Notes under the pieces: model-generated
Database searches by the model: none
Seen by the model: the letters and a program-made list of their open reading frames with translations, nothing else
Told to the model about the DNA's origin: nothing
Assembly: GCA_050118205.1 (NCBI GenBank)
Contig: JASFLG010000001.1
Coordinates: 1 to 31,790, forward strand
Source: Pseudomonadales bacterium
GTDB lineage: Bacteria > Pseudomonadota > Gammaproteobacteria > Pseudomonadales > Azotimanducaceae
Direction of reading: 5' to 3'
DNA length: 31,790 nt
Translations under genes and position numbers: made by a program
Part shown: positions 8,324 through 18,158 of the stretch, one piece after another
Position numbering within the stretch: the first letter of the stretch is position 1
Layout of the letters: every line of letters starts with the position of its first letter

Positions 8324-10309
8324 CTACTCGAACTCGAGGATCGGCTGGTCGACCTCCAGGCTGTCGCCTTCTGCGACCAGGATCTTGGCGATCTTCACAT
8401 TGTCCGTCGCCCGCAGGCTGTTCTCCATCTTCATGGCTTCCACGGCGGCCAGCTCCTCGCCGCTGTTCACCTCGTCGCCCTCCGCGACCGAGAGGCGTAC
8501 CAGCAGGCCGGGCATCGGCGAGAGCAGAAACTTCGACAGGTCCGGCGGTGCCCGCTCGAGCATGTGCCGGGTCAGTGCCGCGCCGTCCGGCGGCAGCACC
8601 GTGGTTTCGATCGCCGCGCCGCGGTGGTGCAGACGGAAACCGCTGGGCGTGCGGTCGAGCTGCATGGTCACGGCGGAACCGTTGATCTCCCCGGTGATTA
8701 CCGGTTCGCCAATGGTCCAGTCCGTGGTCACGCGATAGATGGCATCCCCGTGCCGGACCTCGAAACCGTGCGCCACGGACTGCACGTCGACCGGATAGTG
8801 GTCGGTTCCGGCGATCACCACCCAGTCATTGCGTTCCTTCAGCTCGAAGCGGCGGGTCTGGCCGCTGATCAGCGCGGCACGCTGATTGACGATGCGGTGA
8901 ATGACCGCCGCGAAGGCAACCGGGAGCATGGGATCAGCCTGGGGCACGTCGGCCGCGTGAAATCCATCCGGGTACTCTTCCGCGATGAAATTGGTGGAAA
9001 GACGTCCTTCGCGAAAGCGCGGGTGCGCAATCAGCGCGTTGAGAAAGCTGATGTTGTGATTCACGCCGCGTATGTAGTACGCATCCAGCGCGCAGCCCAT
9101 GCGGTCGATGGCCTGGTCCCGCGTCTCGCCGTAGGTGATCAGCTTGGCGATCATCGGGTCGTAGAACATGGAGACCTCGCTGCCTTCCTCGATGCCCGAG
9201 TCGACACGAACCGTGGCGCTTTCGGCGGGCGGCTGGTACTGCACGAGGCGGCCGATGGAAGGCAGGAAGTTGCGGAAGGGATCCTCGGCGTAGACGCGCG
9301 CTTCCAGCGCCCAGCCGGTCAGCTGTACGTCGCTCTGGGTGATCGCCAGGGGCTCGTCGTTGGCGACGCGGATCATGTGCTCGACCAGATCCTGCCCGGT
9401 CACCAGCTCGGTGACCGGGTGCTCCACCTGCAGCCGCGTGTTCATCTCCAGAAAGTAGAAGTTCCGGTTGGCGTCCACGATGAACTCCACCGTTCCCGCG
9501 GACGCGTAGTCCACCGCCTTCGCCAGGGCCACTGCCTGCTCCCCCATGGCCGAACGGGTGGCGTCGTCCAGGAAAGGAGAGGGTGCTTCCTCGATGACCT
9601 TCTGGTGGCGGCGTTGAATGGAGCACTCGCGCTCGCCGAGGTAGATCACGTTGCCGTGCTTGTCCGCCAGCACCTGGATCTCGATGTGTCTGGGTTCCTC
9701 GATGAACTTCTCGGCGAATATGCGATCGTCGCCGAAGCTGGAACGTGCCTCCGCACGGGTGCTGTCAAAGCCTTCCCGGCACTCCGAGTCGTTCCAGACC
9801 ACCCGCATGCCTTTGCCGCCACCGCCCGCGCTGGCTTTCAGCATCACCGGATAGCCGATCTCTTTCGCGATGCTCACCGCATGATCCGCGTCGGTGATCA
9901 CGTCCGTATAGCCGGGGATGGTGTTCACACCCGCCTCGGCGGCGAGCTGCTTTGAAGCGATCTTGTCGCCCATGCTGGTAATGGCCTTGATGCCGGGCCC
10001 GATGAAAGCAATGCCCAGCTTGTCGAGCGCACGGGCAAACTCCGCGTTCTCGGAGAGAAACCCGTAGCCGGGGTGCACGGCCTGGGCACCGGTCTGTTCG
10101 ATGGCGCCGAGAACCCGGTCGATGCGCAGATAGCTGTCGGTAGAGGCGGGCCCGCCCACGCGCACCGCCTCGTCTGCCATGCGCACGTGCACGGCGCCTG
10201 CATCCGCGTCCGAATAGATGGCCACGGTACCGATACCCATCCAGCGGGCAGTCTTGATCACGCGGCAGGCGATCTCGCCCCGGTTGGCAATGAGGATCTT
10301 CTTGAACAT
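8324..10309 (-). CDS. pccA: Propionyl-CoA (acyl-CoA) carboxylase alpha subunit: biotin carboxylase plus biotinyl domain
   Basis: MFKKILIANRGEIA, HPGYGFLSEN, GGGGKGMR, ERECSIQRRHQK, EMNTRLQVEHPVTE, biotinylation motif EAMKMEN; lies directly downstream of pccB. Confidence 0.9.
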   Translation of the reverse strand: MFKKILIANRGEIACRVIKTARWMGIGTVAIYSDADAGAVHVRMADEAVRVGGPASTDSYLRIDRVLGAIEQTGAQAVHPGYGFLSENAEFARALDKLGIAFIGPGIKAITSMGDKIASKQLAAEAGVNTIPGYTDVITDADHAVSIAKEIGYPVMLKASAGGGGKGMRVVWNDSECREGFDSTRAEARSSFGDDRIFAEKFIEEPRHIEIQVLADKHGNVIYLGERECSIQRRHQKVIEEAPSPFLDDATRSAMGEQAVALAKAVDYASAGTVEFIVDANRNFYFLEMNTRLQVEHPVTELVTGQDLVEHMIRVANDEPLAITQSDVQLTGWALEARVYAEDPFRNFLPSIGRLVQYQPPAESATVRVDSGIEEGSEVSMFYDPMIAKLITYGETRDQAIDRMGCALDAYYIRGVNHNISFLNALIAHPRFREGRLSTNFIAEEYPDGFHAADVPQADPMLPVAFAAVIHRIVNQRAALISGQTRRFELKERNDWVVIAGTDHYPVDVQSVAHGFEVRHGDAIYRVTTDWTIGEPVITGEINGSAVTMQLDRTPSGFRLHHRGAAIETTVLPPDGAALTRHMLERAPPDLSKFLLSPMPGLLVRLSVAEGDEVNSGEELAAVEAMKMENSLRATDNVKIAKILVAEGDSLEVDQPILEFE

Positions 10310-10320
10310 CTTGCTGAAAC

Positions 10321-11856
10321 CTACAGGGGAATGTTGCCGTGCTTGCGCCACGGATTCTCGAGCTGCTTGTCACGCAGCATCGCGAACGACCGGCACACGC
10401 GCGTCCGGGTCTCCCGGGGCATGAACACGTCGTCGATGTAGCCGCGGCTGGCGGCGATGAACGGGTTCGCGAACCGGTTTTCGTACTCCTGGGTCTTTGC
10501 CTCGATGATCTGTGCGTTGCCGATGTCCTTGCGGAAGATGATCTCCACGGCGCCCTTGGCACCCATCACCGCGATTTCCGCGCTCGGCCAGGCAAAGTTC
10601 GCGTCGCCACGAAGGTGCTTGGACGCCATGACGTCGTAGGCGCCGCCGTATGCCTTGCGCGTGATCAGGGTGACCTTCGGCACCGTGCACTCGGCGTAGG
10701 CATAGAGAAGCTTCGCCCCGTTCTTGATGATGCCGCCGTACTCCTGGGACGTTCCGGGCATGAAGCCGGGGACGTCCACCAGGGTCAGGATGGGAATGTT
10801 GAACGCGTCGCAGAAACGCACGAAGCGGGCACCCTTCTTGGAGGCGTCGATATCCAGAGGACCCCCGAGCCACATGGGCTGGTTTGCCACCACGCCGATG
10901 GTGCTGCCCTGCAGGCGGATCAGGCCGATCACGATGTTGCGGGCGTATTCCGGCTGGAGCTCGAAGAAATCGCCCTCGTCCGCGACCTTAACGATGACTT
11001 CCTTGATGTCGTAGGGTTTGGATGCGTCCGCGGGCACGAGGCTGTCCAGCGACGGCTCTTCCCGGGTGGCCGGATCGTCCGTCGGCCACCGTGGGGGCTT
11101 TTCCCGGTTGTTGGACGGCAGGAAGTCCATGAAGCGCCGCGTCTGCAGGATGGCCTCCAGGTCGTTGACCATGGCGAGGTCCGCCACCCCGGACTTCTTG
11201 GTGTGGATGCTGGCGCCGCCGAGCTCCTCCGGGGTGACGATCTCGTGGGTGACCGTCTTCACCACGTCCGGTCCGGTCACGAACATGTACGAGGAGTGCT
11301 CGACCATGAAGGTGAAATCGGTGATGGCGGGGGAGTAGACCGCCCCACCGGCGCAGGGCCCCATGATGAGGCTGATCTGCGGAATCACACCGGAGGCGAG
11401 CACGTTGCGCTGAAAGATCTCGGCGTAGCCACCGAGAGACGCCACGCCCTCCTGAATCCGAGCGCCGCCGGAATCGTTGAGTCCGATGACCGGTGCTCCG
11501 ACCTTCATCGCCTGATCCATGATCTTGCAGATCTTCTCGGCATTCGCTTCCGAGAGCGCGCCGCCGAAGACGGTGAAATCCTGGCTGAAGACGAACACCA
11601 GGCGCCCGTTGATGGTGCCGTAGCCGGTCACCACCCCGTCCGAGGGAATCTTCTGCTCTTCCATGCCGAAATCGGTGCAACGATGCTCGACGAACTTGTC
11701 CCACTCCTCGAATGAGTCTTCATCGAGCAGCAGGGTGATGCGCTCACGGGCAGTGAGCTTGCCCTTCAGATGCTGCTGTTGAATCCGATGCTCGCCACCC
11801 CCGAGCTCCGCCGCCCTGCTGGTTTCCTGCAGCCGGGCAATGATTTCCCGCTTCAT
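10321..11856 (-). CDS. pccB: Propionyl-CoA carboxylase beta (carboxyltransferase) subunit
   Basis: [56 protein letters not shown]-terminal KHGNIPL. Confidence 0.93.
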   Translation of the reverse strand: MKREIIARLQETSRAAELGGGEHRIQQQHLKGKLTARERITLLLDEDSFEEWDKFVEHRCTDFGMEEQKIPSDGVVTGYGTINGRLVFVFSQDFTVFGGALSEANAEKICKIMDQAMKVGAPVIGLNDSGGARIQEGVASLGGYAEIFQRNVLASGVIPQISLIMGPCAGGAVYSPAITDFTFMVEHSSYMFVTGPDVVKTVTHEIVTPEELGGASIHTKKSGVADLAMVNDLEAILQTRRFMDFLPSNNREKPPRWPTDDPATREEPSLDSLVPADASKPYDIKEVIVKVADEGDFFELQPEYARNIVIGLIRLQGSTIGVVANQPMWLGGPLDIDASKKGARFVRFCDAFNIPILTLVDVPGFMPGTSQEYGGIIKNGAKLLYAYAECTVPKVTLITRKAYGGAYDVMASKHLRGDANFAWPSAEIAVMGAKGAVEIIFRKDIGNAQIIEAKTQEYENRFANPFIAASRGYIDDVFMPRETRTRVCRSFAMLRDKQLENPWRKHGNIPL

Positions 11857-11969
11857 TGGAAAGTATTCGTCTCGTTATTGTCGGAAGGGTTCGGAGGATA
11901 CGCGGTGGGGTCAAGGGCGGCAACGCTGGTAGAATCCGCAGCCCCGGTCTGACGCCAGGTCGCGTATTC

Positions 11970-14045
11970 ATGATTCTGCATTCCATCCGGCCACCGGCTC
12001 CGCGTGCCCTGTTCATCGCCGGGACGCTTCTGATGGCACTCGCTGGCTGCCGGGAAGGCGCGCCGGAGGAGGGCACCGGGATGTCCCCGGCACCGGGGCA
12101 CAACGTCAATCTGGCCCTCATGGACGCCGACGTGGCGCCGGGGGACGACTTTTACGGCTACGCCAACGGCACCTGGCTGGGCAGCTACGAGCTGCCGCCC
12201 GACAAGTCGGCTTTCGGCAACTTCTATGCGCTGCGCGACCAGGCCCAGGAGCGGGTCCAGACCCTGATCGGGGAGCTGGCCGGAGCAGGGCCCGGGCCGG
12301 GCACCATCGAGCAGAAGATCGGCGATTACTACGCGAGCTTCCTGGACACGGAAACGCTCGACCGTCTCGGCTACGCGCCGATACGCGGCGAGCTCGACGC
12401 GGTCCAGGCCATCGACAGCCGTGCGGCCCTGACCGCCGCGTTCGGACGCTCCGACCTGGAAGACAGCATCTCGCCCATCGCCTTCGGTATCGAAATCGAC
12501 CGTAAGGACCCCTCCCGCTTCATCGCGGGCATGTACGCTGGTGGGCTGGGGCTGCCCGAGCGGGATTACTACCTGGAGCGATCCGAGCGCTTCGCAAGGA
12601 TCCGGGCGGCCTACCGGGACCACATCGCTACCCTGCTGAACCTGGTGGATCTGCCGGAGTCGGCGGCACTCGCCGATCAGGTACTCGCGCTCGAGACGGC
12701 GATTGCCGGCGCCCACTGGCCCCGGGCCGACCGTCGCAATCGGGACCTTACTTACAACCTGAGAACCCCGGAACAACTTATTGAAGAATATCCGGATTTT
12801 GACTGGAAAGGATTCTTTGACGCGATCGGCGTCGTCCCCGAGGTGATCAACGACAACCATCCGAGCGCCATCGGACCGATCGTGGAGATCATCGCTCAGT
12901 GGCCCTTGCCCGTGTGGCGCGCGTATCTCGCCTATCACCTGGTCTCGAACAACGCGCCGTTTCTGGCCACCGCCATCGACGATGCCAATTTCGCCTTCTA
13001 TGGGGCGGTGCTGAGCGGCCAGCCCGAGCAGCAGGAACGCTGGCGGCGCGCCGTGAACCTGGTGAGTGGCAGCGACGGTCTCGGCGACGCCGTGGGCCAG
13101 GTCTACGTGGCGCGCTACTTCCCCCCGGAGTTCAAGGAACAGATGCTGTCCATGGTGAAGCATCTGGAGGCCGCGTTGCACGACCGGATCCAGGCGCTCA
13201 CCTGGATGAGCGACGAGACGAAGCAGCGCGCGCTCGCCAAGCTCAAGGGTTTCCTTCCCAAGATCGGCTATCCGGACACCTGGCGCGACTTCTCGAGCGT
13301 GTCCATCGACCGGGGTGACCTGATGGGCAACGTGCGTGCGCTGCGGGTCTACTACGAGGCGGACGCCATCGGCCGCCTGTCTCGGCCCACGGATCGGAAC
13401 GAGTGGTTCCTGCCACCGCAGACGGTGAATGCGTTCTACACGCCGCAGTTCAACTCGATCACGTTTCCCGCCGGGATCCTGGAACCGCCGTTTTTCGATC
13501 CCGCGGCCGACCCCGCGGTGAACTACGGCGCGATCGGCGCGGTCATCGGTCACGAGATGGGACATGGCTTTGACGACCAGGGCTCCAAGTCCGATGCCAG
13601 GGGTGTTCAGGAGAACTGGTGGACGGATGAGGACCGGGCCCGATTCGAGGCGCTCACCGACAGGCTGGTCAAGCAGTACTCGGCCTACGAGCCGGTACCG
13701 GGGGTGCACGTCGATGGCGAGTTCACGCTCGGCGAGAACATCGGCGACCTTGGCGGTATCAACATTGCTTATCACGCCTATCGCGAGAGCCTCGACGGTG
13801 ACGAAGCACCGGTGCTCGACGGGCTGACCGGCGATCAGCGGTTCTTCATCGCCTTCTCGCAGCTCTGGCGGGCGAAGATCCGCGAAGAGGCGATGCTGGC
13901 TCAGCTCAAGGCGGATCCGCACTCGCCGCCGCGCTATCGGTCCAACGGCGTGGTACGCAACGTCGATGCCTGGTACGAGGCCTTCGATGTGCACCGCGAT
14001 GCGGCGCTCTATCTTCCGCCTGAGGACCGGGTCAGCATCTGGTAG
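11970..14045 (+). CDS. M13-family (neprilysin/PepO-like) zinc metallopeptidase, lipoprotein
   Basis: Lipobox LAGC; PGDDFYGYANG, VNAFY, HEMGH (HEXXH), GENIGDLGG, DPHSP. Confidence 0.93.
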   Translation: MILHSIRPPAPRALFIAGTLLMALAGCREGAPEEGTGMSPAPGHNVNLALMDADVAPGDDFYGYANGTWLGSYELPPDKSAFGNFYALRDQAQERVQTLIGELAGAGPGPGTIEQKIGDYYASFLDTETLDRLGYAPIRGELDAVQAIDSRAALTAAFGRSDLEDSISPIAFGIEIDRKDPSRFIAGMYAGGLGLPERDYYLERSERFARIRAAYRDHIATLLNLVDLPESAALADQVLALETAIAGAHWPRADRRNRDLTYNLRTPEQLIEEYPDFDWKGFFDAIGVVPEVINDNHPSAIGPIVEIIAQWPLPVWRAYLAYHLVSNNAPFLATAIDDANFAFYGAVLSGQPEQQERWRRAVNLVSGSDGLGDAVGQVYVARYFPPEFKEQMLSMVKHLEAALHDRIQALTWMSDETKQRALAKLKGFLPKIGYPDTWRDFSSVSIDRGDLMGNVRALRVYYEADAIGRLSRPTDRNEWFLPPQTVNAFYTPQFNSITFPAGILEPPFFDPAADPAVNYGAIGAVIGHEMGHGFDDQGSKSDARGVQENWWTDEDRARFEALTDRLVKQYSAYEPVPGVHVDGEFTLGENIGDLGGINIAYHAYRESLDGDEAPVLDGLTGDQRFFIAFSQLWRAKIREEAMLAQLKADPHSPPRYRSNGVVRNVDAWYEAFDVHRDAALYLPPEDRVSIW

Positions 14046-14062
14046 CAGCAGAGGACGCACAC

Positions 14063-15562
14063 ATGGCTCACGATACGATCACGACCGCCGCGGGGCTCGA
14101 TCCGGCAGACCTGGCAGGCGGCGAGCTTCGAGTGTCGTCACCGATCGACGGTGGCCAGCTCGCGATGGTCCGGACCAGTGCGGCGGCGGACGTGGCGGCC
14201 ACGGTGGAGCGGGCCGTACGCGCCTTCCGCCGCTGGCGGGAAGTGCCGGCCCCCAAGCGCGGCGAGTTCGTGCGACTGCTTGGCCTGGAGCTCAGGGCCC
14301 AGAAGGCCTCTCTGGCGGCGCTGGTCAGCACCGAGTGCGGCAAGATTCTGCAGGAGGGCCTCGGTGAGGTGCAGGAGATGATCGACATCTGCGACTTCGC
14401 CGTCGGGCTCTCCCGTCAGCTTTACGGGCTCACCATGCCATCGGAGCGGCCGGGTCACACCATGCGCGAGGTCTGGCACCCCATGGGGCCGACCGGGGTG
14501 ATCACAGCCTTCAATTTTCCGGTCGCGGTCTGGTCGTGGAACGCCGCCCTGGCCTTCGTCTGCGGCAACCCGGTGATCTGGAAGCCGTCGGAGAAGGCAC
14601 CGCTCACCGCCATGGCGGTGCAGAAAATCCTCTCGCGGGTGGTGTCCCGGTTTCCGGAGGCGCCGGACGGCCTGAGTCAGCTGCTGATCGGTGACGCCGC
14701 GGTAGGCGAGGCGCTGATCCGGCATGGGGAGGTCCCCATCATCTCCGCCACCGGCTCCTCGGCAATGGGCCGCAAGGTGGGTCCGGTGGTCGCCGAACGG
14801 TTCGGACGGACGATTCTCGAGCTCGGCGGCAACAATGCCATGATCGTGGCGCCATCCGCGGCGCTGGACCTCGCCCTGCGCGCCATCGTTTTCGCAGCGG
14901 TCGGGACGGCCGGTCAGCGCTGCACGTCGTTGCGCCGGATCATCGTGCACGCCGACGTGTACGACGCGCTGCTCGAGCAGCTGAAGAAAGTGTACGGCGA
15001 TCTCGCCATCGGCAGCCCGCTGGATGACGGCGTGCTCGTCGGGCCGCTGATCGACGGCGACGCCTTCGAGCGTATGCAGTCGGCGCTTGGCCGGGCGCGG
15101 GAAGGGGGTGGGGTCGTCACGGGGGGCGAACGGGTGCTGGCCGACGTGTATCCCGATGCCTACTACGTGCGACCGGCCATCGTCGAGATGCCGGAGCAGA
15201 GCGAGGTGGTGCGCACGGAGACCTTTGCACCGATTCTCTACGCGATGAAATACGAGACCTTCGACGAGGCCCTGGCCATGCACAACGCCGTGCCACAGGG
15301 ACTGTCGTCCTGCGTCTTCACCACCGATGTTCGGGAGGCCGAGGCCTTCGTCGGTGCCCGGGGCTCGGACTGCGGGATCGCGAACGTCAACATCGGCCCC
15401 TCCGGCGCCGAGATTGGCGGTGCGTTCGGTGGTGAGAAGGAAACGGGCGGCGGCCGGGAGTCCGGATCGGACGCCTGGAAAGCCTATATGCGTCGGCAGA
15501 CGGTAACGGTGAACTACTCGGACGAGCTGCCGCTCGCCCAAGGCATCAACTTCGAGGTCTGA
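14063..15562 (+). CDS. amaB: ALDH family 7: alpha-aminoadipic semialdehyde / piperideine-6-carboxylate dehydrogenase
   Basis: AFNFPVAVW, WKPSEK, ATGS, LELGGNNA, GTAGQRCT, GAEIGGAFGGEKETGGGRESGSDAWKAYMRRQT (family-7 signature). Confidence 0.85.
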   Translation: MAHDTITTAAGLDPADLAGGELRVSSPIDGGQLAMVRTSAAADVAATVERAVRAFRRWREVPAPKRGEFVRLLGLELRAQKASLAALVSTECGKILQEGLGEVQEMIDICDFAVGLSRQLYGLTMPSERPGHTMREVWHPMGPTGVITAFNFPVAVWSWNAALAFVCGNPVIWKPSEKAPLTAMAVQKILSRVVSRFPEAPDGLSQLLIGDAAVGEALIRHGEVPIISATGSSAMGRKVGPVVAERFGRTILELGGNNAMIVAPSAALDLALRAIVFAAVGTAGQRCTSLRRIIVHADVYDALLEQLKKVYGDLAIGSPLDDGVLVGPLIDGDAFERMQSALGRAREGGGVVTGGERVLADVYPDAYYVRPAIVEMPEQSEVVRTETFAPILYAMKYETFDEALAMHNAVPQGLSSCVFTTDVREAEAFVGARGSDCGIANVNIGPSGAEIGGAFGGEKETGGGRESGSDAWKAYMRRQTVTVNYSDELPLAQGINFEV

Positions 15563-15568
15563 CGGGTC

Positions 15569-16678
15569 ATGGCAGCGAACGGCCAAATCCAGAACATCGC
15601 GGTGCTCGGAATCGGCGGCGTCGGCGAGCTCGCCGGGCGGTTGCTGACGGGCAGCGGCTTTCAGGTCACCGGGGTCGACATGAAGCCGCCGGAGCAGTCA
15701 CTGCCGTTCGAGGTGGTGACGGCCTCGGCAACCGACATGGAGGCGCTGCGGCCGGTGCTCACCGGCCAGGACGCGATGCTCTCCTGTCTGCCGTACGCGC
15801 TGAACGGACCGCTCGCACGGCTCGCCTGCGAGCTCGGGATCCACTACTTCGATCTGACCGAGGACGTACCGACCAAGGAGCTCATTCTCGAGCTGGCCGC
15901 GACGAGCGGGACGCTGATGGCGCCTCAGTGTGGGCTGGCGCCAGGCTTCGTCGGGATCGTCGGGGCCCACCTCGCCGAGCAGTTTGATACGATCCGCTCG
16001 ATCAAGCTGCGCGTGGGCGCGCTGCCGCAGCACCCGACGGGGCTTCTGGCCTATTCGTTCAACTGGTCACCGGAAGGCGTGGTCAACGAGTACCTGAACG
16101 ACTGTGAGGTGATCGAGGACGGGGAGCACAAGTGGGTCTCGCCCATGGAGTGGATCGAGACCGTGCACGTGAACGGCGTACGGTTGGAAGCGTTCACGAC
16201 TTCCGGCGGGCTCGGCACCATGTGCGACACCTATGCCGGCCGCGTGGAGAACATCGACTACAAGACCATGCGTTATCCGGGTCACGCGTCGCTCATGAAC
16301 TTCTTCTTTCACGAGCTGCTGATGCGCGAGGATCGCGAGCTCGCGGGTCGGATTCTCAAGAACGCGAAGCCGCCGGTGGATGAGGACGTGGTGCACGTGC
16401 ACGTCTCGGCCGAGGGCTGGCAGCAGGGCGTGCTCAACCGGCGCGAGTTCGTCCGCTCCTATCTTCCGCTCGAGATCGACGGGCGCACGTGGCGTGCCAT
16501 TGCCTGGACCACGGCCTCGTCCGTGAGTGCGGTGATCGAGATGGTGTCCACGGGCAAGCTGCCACAGAAAGGGTTCCTGCGGCAGGAGTCCGTGCCGCTC
16601 GAGGCGTTCCTCGCGACCGAGAACGGGCGTCGTTACGCCACCTACGGACGTCGCCGGGAGCTCGGGGAGGGCACATGA
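15569..16678 (+). CDS. Saccharopine dehydrogenase-like family, lysine 6-dehydrogenase-like
   Basis: Rossmann GIGGVG, YFDLTED, CGLAPG, VNEY, FTTSGG, YKTMRYPGH; adjacent to ALDH7. Confidence 0.82.
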   Translation: MAANGQIQNIAVLGIGGVGELAGRLLTGSGFQVTGVDMKPPEQSLPFEVVTASATDMEALRPVLTGQDAMLSCLPYALNGPLARLACELGIHYFDLTEDVPTKELILELAATSGTLMAPQCGLAPGFVGIVGAHLAEQFDTIRSIKLRVGALPQHPTGLLAYSFNWSPEGVVNEYLNDCEVIEDGEHKWVSPMEWIETVHVNGVRLEAFTTSGGLGTMCDTYAGRVENIDYKTMRYPGHASLMNFFFHELLMREDRELAGRILKNAKPPVDEDVVHVHVSAEGWQQGVLNRREFVRSYLPLEIDGRTWRAIAWTTASSVSAVIEMVSTGKLPQKGFLRQESVPLEAFLATENGRRYATYGRRRELGEGT

Positions 16679-17049
16679 CAGGCATCGTCGTCCGTATGAT
16701 CATCACCGGGCTGGGCATCTGGCTCGCGACCTACCTCGTTCCGGGCATCGCGGCGAGCAGCACGCGCTCGCTCATCTGGGCGGCCATCGCGCTCGGGCTC
16801 ATCAACGCCTTCGTGCGGCCCGTGCTCGTGGTGCTGACCTTGCCCATCACCATCCTGACCCTGGGGCTCTTTCTGCTGGTTCTGAATGCCGCCATGCTGA
16901 ACCTGGCGGGCTGGCTGGTGGACGGTTTCGAGGTGGCCGGGTTCTGGAGCGCCGTGTTCGGCGCCATCGTGATCAGCGTGGTCAGCGCTGTGTGCTCTCA
17001 CTTCATCGGCGCTGACGGCCGCTATGAGGTGCTGGTCGTTCGCCGCTGA
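16675..17049 (+). CDS. YvlD-like 4-TM 'phage holin family' membrane protein
   Basis: GGGGAGG RBS, ATGA overlap; ALGLINAFVRPVLVVLTLPITILTLGLFLLVLNA and GFWSAVFGAIVIS signature. Confidence 0.88.
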   Translation: MTGIVVRMIITGLGIWLATYLVPGIAASSTRSLIWAAIALGLINAFVRPVLVVLTLPITILTLGLFLLVLNAAMLNLAGWLVDGFEVAGFWSAVFGAIVISVVSAVCSHFIGADGRYEVLVVRR

Positions 17050-17097
17050 GCGAACGCAGGTAGAATCTGCCAACGCCGTCGACTCGAGGGGAGGACC

Positions 17098-18147
17098 ATG
17101 ACGCGCAACATCAACCGTATCCTGCGAGGCATTCCTGGCCTGGCGATCCTGGTCGCGGCCGCTGCCCTGACCGGAGCGCCGGCCCGGGCGGAGAACTACG
17201 CCCCCAATCCGTACCGGACCATTGAGGGTTGGGGCAAGCTGCCCGACGGGCGGGAGTGGGGCTCCACGAGCGCCATCTATCCCACCAGCGATGGCAAGCA
17301 CATCTGGGTCGCGGAGCGCTGCGGCGCGAACCTGTGCGTGGGCAGTGACGTGGACCCGGTGCTGCTGTTCGATCTGGACGGCAACCTGATCCGAAGCTTC
17401 GGCGCCGGGTTGATTGCCTGGCCGCATGGCATCTACGTGGACGCCGAAGACAACGTCTGGATCGCCGACGCGAACGGCTATGCGCCAATCCCCGAAGGCT
17501 GGGGGCACGTTGTCTATAAATTCAGTCCCGAGGGCGAGCTGCTGATGACGCTGGGCGAGAAGGGTGTTGCCGGTGACGGCCGGACGACGCTGCGCAAGCC
17601 CTGTGACGTGCTCGTGGCGCCCGACGGATCCATCTTCGTTGCGGATGGCCACGCGTCGGGTCCGGATCAGCCGGCGAACAATCGGATCGTGAAGTTCGAT
17701 GCCGACGGCAACTACCTGCTCGAGTTCGGGGGACCCGGCACCGCGGATGGCGAGCTCAACGAGCCGCACGGGCTGGCGATGGACTCCCAGGGCCGGCTGT
17801 TCGTCGCCGACCGCGGTAACTCACGGGTGCAGATCTTCGATCAGGAAGGCAATCACCTCGACACGTGGTATCAGTTCGGCCGCCCGAGCGGGGTGTTCAT
17901 CGACTCGGACGACCGGCTTTACGTCGCGGACTCGGAATCGAACAGTCACCGCAATGCGGGCTACAAGCGGGGCATCCGGATCGGCTCTGCCCGGGACGGG
18001 TTCGTCACCGCGTTCATTCCCGATCCGGAACCCGATCAGGACAACTCGGGCACGAGCGGCGCGGAAGGGGTCGCGGTGGACGCGCTGGGTGATGTCTACG
18101 GCGCCGAGGTGGGGCCGAAGGGCGTGAAGAAATACGTCCCGAAGTGA
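17098..18147 (+). CDS. Secreted NHL-repeat beta-propeller, peptidyl-alpha-hydroxyglycine alpha-amidating lyase-like
   Basis: GGGAGG RBS, signal peptide ending PARA-E; NHL repeats (WPHGIYVD, KPCDVLV, EPHGLAMD, RPSGVFID, ADRGNSRVQIF). Confidence 0.85.
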   Translation: MTRNINRILRGIPGLAILVAAAALTGAPARAENYAPNPYRTIEGWGKLPDGREWGSTSAIYPTSDGKHIWVAERCGANLCVGSDVDPVLLFDLDGNLIRSFGAGLIAWPHGIYVDAEDNVWIADANGYAPIPEGWGHVVYKFSPEGELLMTLGEKGVAGDGRTTLRKPCDVLVAPDGSIFVADGHASGPDQPANNRIVKFDADGNYLLEFGGPGTADGELNEPHGLAMDSQGRLFVADRGNSRVQIFDQEGNHLDTWYQFGRPSGVFIDSDDRLYVADSESNSHRNAGYKRGIRIGSARDGFVTAFIPDPEPDQDNSGTSGAEGVAVDALGDVYGAEVGPKGVKKYVPK

Positions 18148-18158
18148 GGCAAGAAAAG

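Noticed and set aside
16675-17049. Prophage remnant suggested by the holin-family gene
   Set aside because: No endolysin, integrase, structural gene, att-like repeat or compositional shift; the gene is coupled to a metabolic operon.
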